From positions 1 through 26,006 of the IMG/VR virus record IMGVR_UViG_3300011102_000153: 26,006 nt of DNA. One strand, written 5' to 3'. The notes below the pieces were generated by a model that saw nothing but the letters and a program-made list of their open reading frames with translations, searched no databases and had not been told where the DNA came from. This DNA comes from a virus (Duplodnaviria > Caudoviricetes). The position numbers were made by a program, and so were the translations under genes. The stretch's first letter is position 1, and every line of letters starts with the position of its first letter. Below, piece by piece: positions 1 through 9,431 of the stretch.

Positions 1-78
1 ACCGATGTGCCAATAAAATACGGGCTTGCCGATTACCTTGAAGAATTATTTCCCGATAAAAGCAAATATGAACGATAG
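1..78 (+). CDS. 3' end of an upstream gene (partial, hypothetical)
   Basis: Frame 1 reads TDVPIKYGLADYLEELFPDKSKYER to a TAG at 76-78, overlapping the ATG at 68 of the next gene. Confidence 0.4.
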   Translation, partial: TDVPIKYGLADYLEELFPDKSKYER

Positions 79-988
79 CATGATAATCGAAAAGAAAACC
101 ACCATCATCGACCCATCAAAGGTAGTTATCCCCTACAATTACCTGCTGGTAAAACCCGATGCAGACTACGAAGAACTGCACCACAAAGGCCGGAATACAG
201 GCATAGCCGTATCCAACTTCATCTATGACGGTGAGGGCAGGAGGGTTTCCATAGCCGAGCGTAACAGGGCCGTTACAGGAACCGTATACGCAGTCCCCAA
301 CAAACTGATATACGAGATTGACAGGGCGAACAAGATGGGTGAAGGCCGCGTATTCGCAAAGGAGGTTAACGGATTCCACCACATCGTTGACCCGTCCACA
401 AGGGACGAGATAAACGACCTTAAACTCAAAAGCCTCGAATATGACGTTGACATGGAAGTATCGGTGGGTGACAGGGTTAAATTCAGCTACATGGTCCATG
501 AAAGGGCGATGACCAACAAATCAATGGTCGAAACCACCGAGGGGGAAATGTACTTTGTGCGCTACGACGATTTGTTCATGGTCATAAACGATGACTTATC
601 CCCAAAGAAGATGCTGAACGGCTTCCTGCTGGTTGAGGCCGACGAGAGGGAAGAGGAAGAAATCCTTGGCGCAAAGGGAACGGAGAAAAACGGACTGTTC
701 ATCGTTAACCTGAAAGATTCGGAGAACAGGGAACGGAAATCAATGACAGGGACCATCCTTTCCGCAGCCACGCCTTGCAGGGGCTACAAATCGGTAAAGG
801 GGGAGAAAGACCCCGATACTTACCACGAAAGCGGGGAGCGCGTGATGTTCGACCCAAGGGGCGCATTCAGGCTTGATTTGATGAACCACCAGCATTCGGA
901 AGTGCCCCAATACCTTATACATCGCATAGACATTTGGTTAACTTCAAAAGAAAATCCTAACTTTGATGAGATTTTGATAGCAAACTAG
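68..988 (+). CDS. Tandem (two-domain) GroES/Cpn10-like co-chaperonin
   Basis: Two repeats of the GroES pattern: IPYNYLLVKP..TGIAV..TGTVYAVP..VSVGDRVKF..EMYFVRYDDLFMVI and MLNGFLLVEA..NGLFI..TGTILSAA..SGERVMF..YLIHRIDIWL. ATG at 68 preferred to the TTG at 26. Confidence 0.7.
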   Translation: MNDSMIIEKKTTIIDPSKVVIPYNYLLVKPDADYEELHHKGRNTGIAVSNFIYDGEGRRVSIAERNRAVTGTVYAVPNKLIYEIDRANKMGEGRVFAKEVNGFHHIVDPSTRDEINDLKLKSLEYDVDMEVSVGDRVKFSYMVHERAMTNKSMVETTEGEMYFVRYDDLFMVINDDLSPKKMLNGFLLVEADEREEEEILGAKGTEKNGLFIVNLKDSENRERKSMTGTILSAATPCRGYKSVKGEKDPDTYHESGERVMFDPRGAFRLDLMNHQHSEVPQYLIHRIDIWLTSKENPNFDEILIAN

Positions 989-992
989 CAAG

Positions 993-1610
993 ATGTCGTC
1001 ATACGATTTAAGCAGATTATACATTAAATTCCATGAATGCCCACCCGATAAGAAGCTTGTCGAGTGGGCATCTGAATTACAGCCTTTCCCTGAATTCACG
1101 GAATGTGACGAGGACAGGATAAAAATCGCGATACTGTCTGGTGACATTGACTCACCTTTTGTCCGCATCAAGGAACGTGACACGATGATGAGGGCTATTT
1201 TTGAGGAGATAGGGCTTGACCTGCACAAGAACAAAAAGCTCCTTGAAGACTGTATATCATACCGCGACGATAAATATATGTTCGCTTGGGTGAAGTACCT
1301 CCAAATCCTGCATGAAACCGATTTCACGAATTGGGTATTGGCAAAAAAAGATTATGAGTTCTATCTTGAAAAGACCAACGAAAAACAGAGGGTTGACGAG
1401 AAAGGGGAAATAATAGAAACCGACCTCGCCTACATGAAGCGCAGGAAAGAGGCCCGTGAGCAGATAAAGATTCTTGGGGAAGAGGTTCGGTCCATAGAGG
1501 CGAAAATATTCCCCGACAGCAAGGCCGCAAGGGAAGCGGCTATATCCGAGTCCAAGAAGAAAATACTGCTTCTTGCCGAGAAGTATGGACAGCCTTATCA
1601 CTATTTTTGA
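993..1610 (+). CDS. Hypothetical protein, candidate terminase small subunit
   Basis: 205 aa, helical with a coiled-coil-like C-terminal half; its stop overlaps the TerL start (TGATG). The functional call is by position only. Confidence 0.45.
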   Translation: MSSYDLSRLYIKFHECPPDKKLVEWASELQPFPEFTECDEDRIKIAILSGDIDSPFVRIKERDTMMRAIFEEIGLDLHKNKKLLEDCISYRDDKYMFAWVKYLQILHETDFTNWVLAKKDYEFYLEKTNEKQRVDEKGEIIETDLAYMKRRKEAREQIKILGEEVRSIEAKIFPDSKAAREAAISESKKKILLLAEKYGQPYHYF

Positions 1611-3826
1611 TGATTGACTGGAAGAAACGAATAAAGCCTGACGGCAGTATTGACATGCAGGGTATGCCGTACTACCATATTTCCTACAGCCAGGGGAATA
1701 AGCAGGTCCTTTACGGGGTGGAGTGTGACATTCCTGATGCACCTCCTGATGAACATTGCGTAGGTTACGGGCTTTCGATAGACGAACAGATTTTCTATAA
1801 AACTTGGATCCCAGATCAAGTAAGGTACAGGGATAGGGATTGGGGCCGTGAATCGTGGTCGGAGAGAGATATAGAGGCTTTTGTGGATTCGGAATGGAAC
1901 CGTAGATGTAATGGTATCTGGTTCTGGATAAAAAACAGAAAAGTTTACATCCCTGGCCAGCTATGGTTCAAGTATAACCACTGGACCCCATCAACGGGTG
2001 AAACCTTTGAATACAGAACGCACGAGAGGGAGGAGTTCACTCTTTTTCTCCATTTGCAGCGGTCAGAAATTGATTTGGGGTGGTGCATTTACAAACCAAG
2101 ACAGATCGGGGAAACGGAAAATTCATTGGTCGTTATGTATGAGCGCGGAAGCAGGATAAGGAATTCCCTGACCACCATGCAGTCATGCATCAACGAAACC
2201 CACGCTGAGGAAACATACACACGTATCATACATGGCCACAAGCACATGATATGGTACTTCAAGCCCATGAATACGGGTACCGAGAATCCGAGAAAGGGGT
2301 TGGTGCTTGATTACCCGACAAAATACATGACCCATGCCGAAACCATCCGTCAGGCGGAAAAAGGGAACACGGTCAACAAAAGCTCTCTTGAAAGCTACCA
2401 ATACCCACCTATAGCATCAAAGTTCAACTTCGGACCATCCAAGGTAAAACATTTTGACGGACGCACAGGACTTCTTACGTGCTATTTGGATGAGTTCGGT
2501 AAATCCGATCAGATGGATCCTGTTGAGTGGGTACAGACAATGGTGCCCACGGTTTTCAGCAATATCAGGGGCAAAAAGCGCGGTATCATCATAATGACCT
2601 CCACCATTGAGGATATGTCCGAGAACAGCCTTGATTGGGCCATGACGATATGGAGGGAATCTGACCCGAACAAGCGGAAAAAAACAGGCTCAACAACCAA
2701 CAGGATAGTAAGAATATTCCGTGGTGCCGCAGAAATGGGTTTCGAGACAATAGTTGCGGATAAGTGGGGCGACATTGACAGGGAGGCGGTGATAGAGGCC
2801 GTTACGGACCAATATAACGCCATGATTGAGGCGGGTAATATACGAGGTGCTATGAGCTTCATCCGGAAGTATCCGCGCACGATAGACGACGTTTTCCTTT
2901 CGATAAGGAACCAATCCAGCTTTAACACTGTTGACCTTGCCAAACGTGAATTCTACCTTAACGAGGTTGCTTCTCCAAAACCATACGTTCGCGGCAACCT
3001 GAAATGGAAGGATGGAATAAAGGATACGGAGGTTATTTGGGAGCCCAATGAAAACGGACGGTGGATCATAAGCAAGCATCCAAAGGATTTCGGGGCCATT
3101 GCCAATGCGAAATCGCAGCGGACATTCTCACGCGCTCCAGGAAACCCGCACTTATTCTGTATGGGCGTTGACCCCGTGGATCAATCAAAAACTCTGGAGG
3201 ACGAAAGCAAAAGGTCTAAGATCGGGATAGTCGTTATGAGGCGGCTCGATGAAACCGTTGATTCAGATAAAGCGCTGTGGCACCAGAAGGAAGACGAAAT
3301 AAACGGGGTGAATGTGGGCGACCCCATCATGCAGGGGGAGATGCACCAGACGAACAGGGTTTGCTGCACCTACCTCGGACGAAGCCCTGACGTTTTTGAT
3401 AACTTTGAGGACATAATCCTTACCGCTGTGTATTACGGCACTGATTTCCTGCCTGAGAACAACAAAGCAGGCGCTTTGAAGACCTATCTGCGTCAGCGGC
3501 AGTACGACCTATACCTTTCGGACAAACCATCGCTGTCACAGAACTACAAAGGGCAGTTCGAGAAAGACGGTGTTACAGGTTCCGAGAAGACCTTCAACGA
3601 GTGTTTCTCATTCATAGAGACGTACACCTACAAATGGGTTAACTCTATAGACCATCCCGACCTGACATCGCAGCTTATGACTATGAATTGGGCCAACAGA
3701 GGTGAAAAAGACTTGGGTGTAGCATTTGGTTGGTGCCTTTACCACTCGCACCAGATTTCAAGAACCCCGTCAAAGAACAGGTCGTCAGGAAAGAAGCGCA
3801 GGCACTTCTACGAAAACGCTGTTTAG
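1610..3826 (+). CDS. terL: Terminase large subunit
   Basis: Variant Walker A (YKPRQIGET), Walker B (CYLDEFGK), motif III (IIMTST), RNase H-like nuclease motif (FCMGVDPVD) and C-terminal DLGVAFG; lies directly before the portal gene. Confidence 0.92.
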   Translation: MIDWKKRIKPDGSIDMQGMPYYHISYSQGNKQVLYGVECDIPDAPPDEHCVGYGLSIDEQIFYKTWIPDQVRYRDRDWGRESWSERDIEAFVDSEWNRRCNGIWFWIKNRKVYIPGQLWFKYNHWTPSTGETFEYRTHEREEFTLFLHLQRSEIDLGWCIYKPRQIGETENSLVVMYERGSRIRNSLTTMQSCINETHAEETYTRIIHGHKHMIWYFKPMNTGTENPRKGLVLDYPTKYMTHAETIRQAEKGNTVNKSSLESYQYPPIASKFNFGPSKVKHFDGRTGLLTCYLDEFGKSDQMDPVEWVQTMVPTVFSNIRGKKRGIIIMTSTIEDMSENSLDWAMTIWRESDPNKRKKTGSTTNRIVRIFRGAAEMGFETIVADKWGDIDREAVIEAVTDQYNAMIEAGNIRGAMSFIRKYPRTIDDVFLSIRNQSSFNTVDLAKREFYLNEVASPKPYVRGNLKWKDGIKDTEVIWEPNENGRWIISKHPKDFGAIANAKSQRTFSRAPGNPHLFCMGVDPVDQSKTLEDESKRSKIGIVVMRRLDETVDSDKALWHQKEDEINGVNVGDPIMQGEMHQTNRVCCTYLGRSPDVFDNFEDIILTAVYYGTDFLPENNKAGALKTYLRQRQYDLYLSDKPSLSQNYKGQFEKDGVTGSEKTFNECFSFIETYTYKWVNSIDHPDLTSQLMTMNWANRGEKDLGVAFGWCLYHSHQISRTPSKNRSSGKKRRHFYENAV

Positions 3827-3853
3827 TTTGATAACCAAAGTTTTGTACTTTTG
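3822..3853 (+). promoter_or_regulatory. Bacteroidota sigma70-type promoter (portal)
   Basis: TACTTTTG at 3846-3853 matches TAnnTTTG in the intergenic gap; upstream TTTG at 3827-3830 gives a short 15-nt spacer. Confidence 0.5.
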
Positions 3854-3870
3854 TTGAAACTTTGATTGCT

Positions 3871-6357
3871 ATGGCGTACAAAACACCGGACGACTACAAG
3901 GGGAAAACTTCCAAATTTCCATTCCCGTCTGACGATATTCCAAAAGAAAAGAAAAAAGAATTGGAGTGGTATCTTTCGGTTAACTCAGCCATGATGGCCG
4001 ACTACACCTCAAACAATTGCCTTATACCTTACGAATGGGGTCAGAACCGAACGATAAGTGAATGCCGGGATTACGCAAGAGGCAGACAATCTGCCGACAA
4101 AATCAAAAAATGGCTCATAGGTCCTAAGCGAAAGAACAGCGATGGTAAATACATAACCAAAATGAACGTATCGTTCGATGGTTATGCCAAACTTCCCCAG
4201 CTTTTCGACATCATGCGGTCAAAGAACATGCCCGACGAGTACAATGTTGACCTGACCTGCATAGATGAGAACTCGGTAGCCGCGATGGAAGCCACTAGGT
4301 CCGCGCTTAAATTCCTTATCGACGACAACACCAAGAAATTCCTTGAAAACTCTTTCTACAAGCCAAACTTCGAACCGGACCCGAACCTGATAGGTCTCAG
4401 GACCGCACGTGACGTGGATATGTGGATGGATACAGGTGGTTACGCGTTACAGTGGCAGATGGCGGCACAGGCGGCCTGCAACAAGACGAAAGAGGTTTCG
4501 AACTACAAGGAATGGCAGGACAGGGTATTCGATGACCTCATAGCCAATCCCAATGGCATAACGGGCGCAAGGACCTATATCGAAAAATCAACCGGATTAC
4601 CGAAGATAAGGGCTGATTTCGATATAGAGAAAGCCATAGTCCCATATTTCGAGGGGCTTGACTCTCGTGGCAAGATAACACGCGCAGGCTACCTGAGAAT
4701 AATGACGATAGCCGACATACGCAAGGAAGCCCCCCATCTCGAAGCCCACGAACTTCTTGAAATAGCCAAATGCTTCGGGTGGATGAACCCGCAGTACAAG
4801 GGTCTCATAGAGCAGGACGGTTGGTACGGTCTTGAAAGGATGGGGTACAACCAATCCTACGATCTGGACCCGATAAGCCGCGTAAAGGTGCTTTGCTTGG
4901 ACGCCCAATGGCTTTCCGTAGATACCGATGTTTACTTGAAGAACGATGAAACAGGGTTGGTAAAGGAAGTGGCTTCCGATTTCAGGGTAACTTCGAGGGG
5001 CAGGAAAGACGGAGACTACACGGTAAAGAAGAAAACCATCCGGAAATACGAGTCCCTATGGATTGTTGGAACGGAAAAATTCATACACTACGGGCAGTGC
5101 AAGGACACGGTTTATTACGGGGAGGACGGGAACAAAACCCCCGAACTCGATTTCTTCTTCGTCAAGACAGGCAATATGTCATTGGTGGAACGCTGCATAG
5201 GCTTGGTTGACGACATCAACATGATAATCGTAAAGCACCGTAACGTATGGGCTACACTTCCCGCAGCGCCTGCTATGGCTATACAGGCTAATCTTTTGGA
5301 AAACGTATTCCTTAACGACGTATTGCAGGAACCCGACGACGTTATCCAAGCATACATAGAACGTGGTGTGCTTTATTACAACGGTCTTGACGAGTTCGGT
5401 AAACCCTTGTATCCCGCAGGTGGACAGAAACCCATCGACTACATGGATGCCGCCAAGATGGCCCAGATGCTAACCGTATGCACCAACGAGATAGCTGCAA
5501 AGCTGATAGAGCTGAAGGAAGTACTGGGATTGCAAGGGGGTGCGGATGGAGGTGCGAGGGATAGGTATCAGGGATGGCGCGAAACAGAGCTGGCCTTTGA
5601 GGCAGCCAACTCATCACTCATGCCCACATTCAACGCATTCCGGTATCTTTTCCGAAACGTGTTCACCGATATCATAAAGAAATGGCAGATAGTAGCCAAG
5701 AACAAAAAGATAAAGCTATCGTACTCACTTCTTGGCAACAAGAACATGAAGATGCTGGAATTGGCCGGTCCTTTCACCAGCGCGGAGTTCAATGTTAAGG
5801 TATCTATTGCCCCTACAAACGCAGAGCGCGCAGCGATGTTGCAGGAATTGAAGGAACTGAGGGGTATAAGCGTACAATCGGGGGGTGCTCAGGGAATAAC
5901 GTATTCAGAGTACATCTACGTTCACCAGAAAGTGATGGCCGGGAACATAGACGAGGCCATGTTCGTGCTCGCGCAGCTTGAAGCCAAGCGCAAGCAAGAG
6001 GCGGACGAGAAGGAGCGCATGAATCAGGAATACACTATCAAGGCACAGCAGGAATCGGCTGCGCAGAAGGCCGAGATGGACCGAACTAACCTTGAACTCA
6101 AAAATAAAGGACAGATTGACAACACGGCTCTATCCAAAACGATGGAACGCCAGAACATGCTTCTTGAACTACTCATACAAGGGAATAAAACCAAGGGCGC
6201 TGATGGCAAAAGCGTTGAGGGACAGCCTGATAAGCAGGTGGCTGCGGCTGAATACATTCAGGCCGAGCAGGACGCTATGGCCATCATAGAATCCACACAG
6301 CCACAGCCCGAAGAGGGTCTGATGGCACCAATTGAAGGAGAGATGCCATTGCAGTGA
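3871..6357 (+). CDS. Portal protein (crAss/phi14:2-like, about 830 aa)
   Basis: Follows TerL and has the size typical of podovirus portals; RDYARGRQS, SLVERCIGLVDDINMIIVK and ELKEVLGL..DG segments recalled from this family; C-terminal coiled-coil. ATG at 3871 preferred. Confidence 0.85.
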   Translation: MAYKTPDDYKGKTSKFPFPSDDIPKEKKKELEWYLSVNSAMMADYTSNNCLIPYEWGQNRTISECRDYARGRQSADKIKKWLIGPKRKNSDGKYITKMNVSFDGYAKLPQLFDIMRSKNMPDEYNVDLTCIDENSVAAMEATRSALKFLIDDNTKKFLENSFYKPNFEPDPNLIGLRTARDVDMWMDTGGYALQWQMAAQAACNKTKEVSNYKEWQDRVFDDLIANPNGITGARTYIEKSTGLPKIRADFDIEKAIVPYFEGLDSRGKITRAGYLRIMTIADIRKEAPHLEAHELLEIAKCFGWMNPQYKGLIEQDGWYGLERMGYNQSYDLDPISRVKVLCLDAQWLSVDTDVYLKNDETGLVKEVASDFRVTSRGRKDGDYTVKKKTIRKYESLWIVGTEKFIHYGQCKDTVYYGEDGNKTPELDFFFVKTGNMSLVERCIGLVDDINMIIVKHRNVWATLPAAPAMAIQANLLENVFLNDVLQEPDDVIQAYIERGVLYYNGLDEFGKPLYPAGGQKPIDYMDAAKMAQMLTVCTNEIAAKLIELKEVLGLQGGADGGARDRYQGWRETELAFEAANSSLMPTFNAFRYLFRNVFTDIIKKWQIVAKNKKIKLSYSLLGNKNMKMLELAGPFTSAEFNVKVSIAPTNAERAAMLQELKELRGISVQSGGAQGITYSEYIYVHQKVMAGNIDEAMFVLAQLEAKRKQEADEKERMNQEYTIKAQQESAAQKAEMDRTNLELKNKGQIDNTALSKTMERQNMLLELLIQGNKTKGADGKSVEGQPDKQVAAAEYIQAEQDAMAIIESTQPQPEEGLMAPIEGEMPLQ

Positions 6358-6390
6358 TTTGGTAATATGAAATTTTATTCACTATTTTTG
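6358..6390 (+). promoter_or_regulatory. Bacteroidota sigma70-type promoter (scaffold/capsid)
   Basis: TTTG (6358-6361), 21-nt spacer, TATTTTTG (6383-6390): fits the -33/-7 consensus. Confidence 0.7.
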
Positions 6391-6410
6391 TAACAAATAA
6401 ATATTCAATT

Positions 6411-7574
6411 ATGTCAGAAAGCGCAATATTGGAGCAGTACGCCGCGATGATCGGAAGCCAAAACGCGACAGGTGAGGCTGAGGTAGCCCCTGAAGCATCC
6501 GCGAATGATCATCAAACAAATCAGGCCAGTGCGGAGATCGCCGCTGATGGTGTAGAAGCCCAAGAAGCAGAATCTGGACAAGTTGCGGAAGCTACCACCG
6601 AGGGGGCACCCGAAGCGGAAGCCGAGCAACCAAGTTCACCGGAAACAGTAGACCATTGGAAACTGTTCGAGGAACGCACCCAAGGATTTATTAAGGACGA
6701 GGAAACGTTAAACAGCGCGCTTGAAAGGGCGCGTAAGTACGAAGAAATCCTTAAAGAGAAGGAAGAGCTGGCAGCGAACCAGTTCAAGCCTGCGAATTCC
6801 TACATCGACACGCTCAACAAGATGGTGTCTGATGGGGCTTCCAAGGACCAGGTGAAAGCGTTCATTAAACTTAATGAGTGGGGTGATATCAATGAGATGT
6901 CACCCGAGGAACTCCTTGTGGCGCACAAGGTACTCATAATGAAGAATTCGGAAGAGGTGGCGAGATGGAAGACATCCAATGAGCACAACCTTGATTCCAT
7001 AGCCGAGGAATACGGCGAGGATTCAATGGAGTACAAAGCCGCCAAGGAGGAACAGCGGTTATCTGCCGAGAAGGCAAAAGCAGAATTGGAATCGTATAGG
7101 AAAGAGCTTACCACGATCGACGCGCCTAAGGTGTCGCCGGAGGAGCAGCAGCGTTTGGACGCCATTGCCCGTCAGGCGGAATACACGAAGCTGGTCGAGA
7201 GAGAAGCTCCTAAAATAGCCAAGGAAATGCCTACAAAGGCGTCCTATGGCGGGATAGAGGTGTCATACACCCCTGAGTTCATAAAGCAGCAGGAAGCGAT
7301 AGTCAAGGATTTCTTCACTTCGACAGGATTGCCGATAAACAAGGAGTCTATTGAACAGGCCGAGGGGTATGCCAAGGTACGTTTCTTTGTTGACAACGAG
7401 GAAAAAATCGTTGAACACATGAAAAAGACGATTGAATCGGAACTCACTGAAAAAATATCCAACAAGTACGAAAACCGTTCAGGATTGCCCGAACAACAGG
7501 TAACCGCAGACAAGCCTGTAGATCAGCAAAGTTCAATGGATGACTTCTACCGCCGTATAGGCGCAATGCGTTGA
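6411..7574 (+). CDS. Putative capsid scaffolding protein
   Basis: Acidic disordered N-terminus followed by helical coiled-coil segments; lies between the portal and major capsid genes. Confidence 0.7.
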   Translation: MSESAILEQYAAMIGSQNATGEAEVAPEASANDHQTNQASAEIAADGVEAQEAESGQVAEATTEGAPEAEAEQPSSPETVDHWKLFEERTQGFIKDEETLNSALERARKYEEILKEKEELAANQFKPANSYIDTLNKMVSDGASKDQVKAFIKLNEWGDINEMSPEELLVAHKVLIMKNSEEVARWKTSNEHNLDSIAEEYGEDSMEYKAAKEEQRLSAEKAKAELESYRKELTTIDAPKVSPEEQQRLDAIARQAEYTKLVEREAPKIAKEMPTKASYGGIEVSYTPEFIKQQEAIVKDFFTSTGLPINKESIEQAEGYAKVRFFVDNEEKIVEHMKKTIESELTEKISNKYENRSGLPEQQVTADKPVDQQSSMDDFYRRIGAMR

Positions 7575-7615
7575 TTTGTTTCCGATATTGTTAAATCGGA
7601 AATCTTTTAATTCAA

Positions 7616-9133
7616 ATGGCAACAATAGACAACATCCCCCTGCAACAGGGACAGCAACCCACCCACGTACAATCGGGTGACGGAGATGCGTTCGTATTGG
7701 GTTCTACGCTTCTGGCTGACAACCCATTCCTTAAAAACACGTACTTCAAGCAATCAGGCCGTGACATGACGACCTTGGAAAAGATTGATATCTTTTTCCC
7801 GGGACGTTTGAACACGGATGCTTCTTGGAGTCCGAAAACCGGACACTACGAGAAACCCCGGTGGAACAAGAACATCACCATCGGTTCGATCTCTGCCGGG
7901 TCAAATGCAGACGAGGCGGTTATCACGCTCAGCACCGCCGACATGGTTACCGATGCTGTAGCGCAGTCAGGAATCACTTATGTGCGTTCATACCCTCGTA
8001 AGAGAGGAACCATCCAAGGCGTACCCGGTGGTCTGCACTACTGGATTATCGACAAGGACGAGACCGTAAACCCGCACACCATCACGGTAAAGTCACCTAA
8101 CGGTGCTGACCCGATGGATGAACTTGTGGACGGTATGAAGGTTACTGTTGGTCCTCCTACCAAAGCCGAGGGTACGGATACTGTTGACCCGTTGACCGTG
8201 CGCCGGTACAAGTACGAGAACACGTTCGTCATCATCGAGGACAAGGACGCTGTTTCGGGCACACACATGACCACCAAGGTTCGTTTCCAGCCTGTTCCTG
8301 GCTCCAACCTGCTTTTCTTGGAGGGATTGCAGGACATGGAGAAACGCCACCAGTACGGCAAGGGTTACAAATGGCTGTTCGACGACCAGGTGGCCACTCC
8401 GGGCGCATGGCAGGAATACTCACCTATTCTGGGTGCGAACGCCGCCATCAGCGGTACTCAGGGTCTTTTGGCGTATACCATCCAATCGGGCCGTCGTTTC
8501 CAATACGACCCCAACGACTTTTCGTTGCAGGATCTGCGCGCATTGTCTAATTACTACCACGACATCAACGTTCCGTCAGACACGGTACTGTTGATTCAGG
8601 GTTACGCTGTCAACCAGCTTATCGAAGAAGCATGGGAGGGCAAGCTGACCTATGAATGGGTTGTTGGTGTATCTGACAAGTTCGTGTCGCAGCAGATGCG
8701 TAACAACTGGGCGAAATCACTAGGCGGTAATTACGACCCGCACGGAGCGTTCCTTAACCTTGGCATTTCCGGATTCACCATCGGTCAGCGTACCTACATG
8801 CAGACCGCTGCTCCTGAATTCAACGACGCCAACGGTCCGGGGGCTTTGGGTTACAATTACTGGATGATCGGTGTACCGTTCGATTACGCGGACGTTGAAG
8901 GCGACAAAATCCCTTACCTGGGCTACGAATACCGTGGCGCTGAGGGATACCGGAGAGTTGATGAACTGGTTACTGTGACCGGTGCCGGTACGCGCCGTAT
9001 CACTGGCCGCAGCGACTTCTACAAGACGTCCACGCTTGACGGTGCTCAGTTCCTGATCCGTTCGGAAATCGCAGCACACTTTGCTCTCGGTGAGCAATTC
9101 GCGCTGTTCACTCCGGATGGTTCGTCATCCTAA
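7616..9133 (+). CDS. Major capsid protein
   Basis: 505 aa; follows the scaffold gene; visibly biased to C-ending codons; HK97-like spine region (YENTFVIIEDKDAVSGT..GTQGLL); followed by a strong terminator. Confidence 0.85.
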   Translation: MATIDNIPLQQGQQPTHVQSGDGDAFVLGSTLLADNPFLKNTYFKQSGRDMTTLEKIDIFFPGRLNTDASWSPKTGHYEKPRWNKNITIGSISAGSNADEAVITLSTADMVTDAVAQSGITYVRSYPRKRGTIQGVPGGLHYWIIDKDETVNPHTITVKSPNGADPMDELVDGMKVTVGPPTKAEGTDTVDPLTVRRYKYENTFVIIEDKDAVSGTHMTTKVRFQPVPGSNLLFLEGLQDMEKRHQYGKGYKWLFDDQVATPGAWQEYSPILGANAAISGTQGLLAYTIQSGRRFQYDPNDFSLQDLRALSNYYHDINVPSDTVLLIQGYAVNQLIEEAWEGKLTYEWVVGVSDKFVSQQMRNNWAKSLGGNYDPHGAFLNLGISGFTIGQRTYMQTAAPEFNDANGPGALGYNYWMIGVPFDYADVEGDKIPYLGYEYRGAEGYRRVDELVTVTGAGTRRITGRSDFYKTSTLDGAQFLIRSEIAAHFALGEQFALFTPDGSSS

Positions 9134-9168
9134 TGCATTCTTTTCATAGTTTAGGTTTATAATTGGTT

Positions 9169-9209
9169 AAGGCCGCATGTGTTTCCCAGACACTGCGGCC
9201 TTTTTGTTT
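9169..9209 (+). terminator. Intrinsic terminator after the capsid gene
   Basis: AAGGCCGCA (9169-9177) pairs with TGCGGCCTT (9194-9202), followed by a T-rich tail. Confidence 0.85.
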
Positions 9210-9237
9210 GGTAATTAAAAAGTTTTTGTGATATTTG
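9207..9237 (+). promoter_or_regulatory. Probable promoter immediately after the terminator
   Basis: TTTG (9207-9210), 19-nt spacer, GATATTTG (one mismatch to TAnnTTTG); shares TTTGGTAAT with the promoter at 6358. Confidence 0.55.
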
Positions 9238-9253
9238 TATCAAAGTCGCAAAG

Positions 9254-9430
9254 ATGGAAGACAATAAAGTAGCTGTACGTATATTCCTTGAAGAGGACGA
9301 CCACCGTTTTATAATGGATAACAAGAACGATTCTGGTGTTTCCTTGCAGGAATTCGTGGATACGGCAGTCAAATCGGCCATTGCGCAGATGAAGAAAGAT
9401 TTATTCATTGTAAAAACCAAAGAGCAGTAA
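9254..9430 (+). CDS. 58-aa ribbon-helix-helix-like DNA-binding protein (not in the ORF track)
   Basis: MEDNKVAVRIFLEEDDHRFIMDNKNDSGVSLQEFVDTAVKSAIAQMKK...: alternating beta strand, helix, G-x-S turn, second helix; fills the gap exactly and stops 1 nt before the next ATG. Confidence 0.65.
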   Translation: MEDNKVAVRIFLEEDDHRFIMDNKNDSGVSLQEFVDTAVKSAIAQMKKDLFIVKTKEQ

Positions 9431-9431
9431 T

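Noticed and set aside
1599-1609. CACTATTTTTG before terL, identical to the 11-mer at 6380-6390
   Set aside because: It lies in coding sequence and directly abuts the ATG, so a start site would fall past the start codon; no -33 element seen. Possibly chance.
2678-2684. Other A7 runs (in terL here, also near 1343, 13249 and 16907) as frameshift sites
   Set aside because: They are shorter, explained by lysine codons, and not at an evident domain boundary; their alternative frames were not examined in detail.
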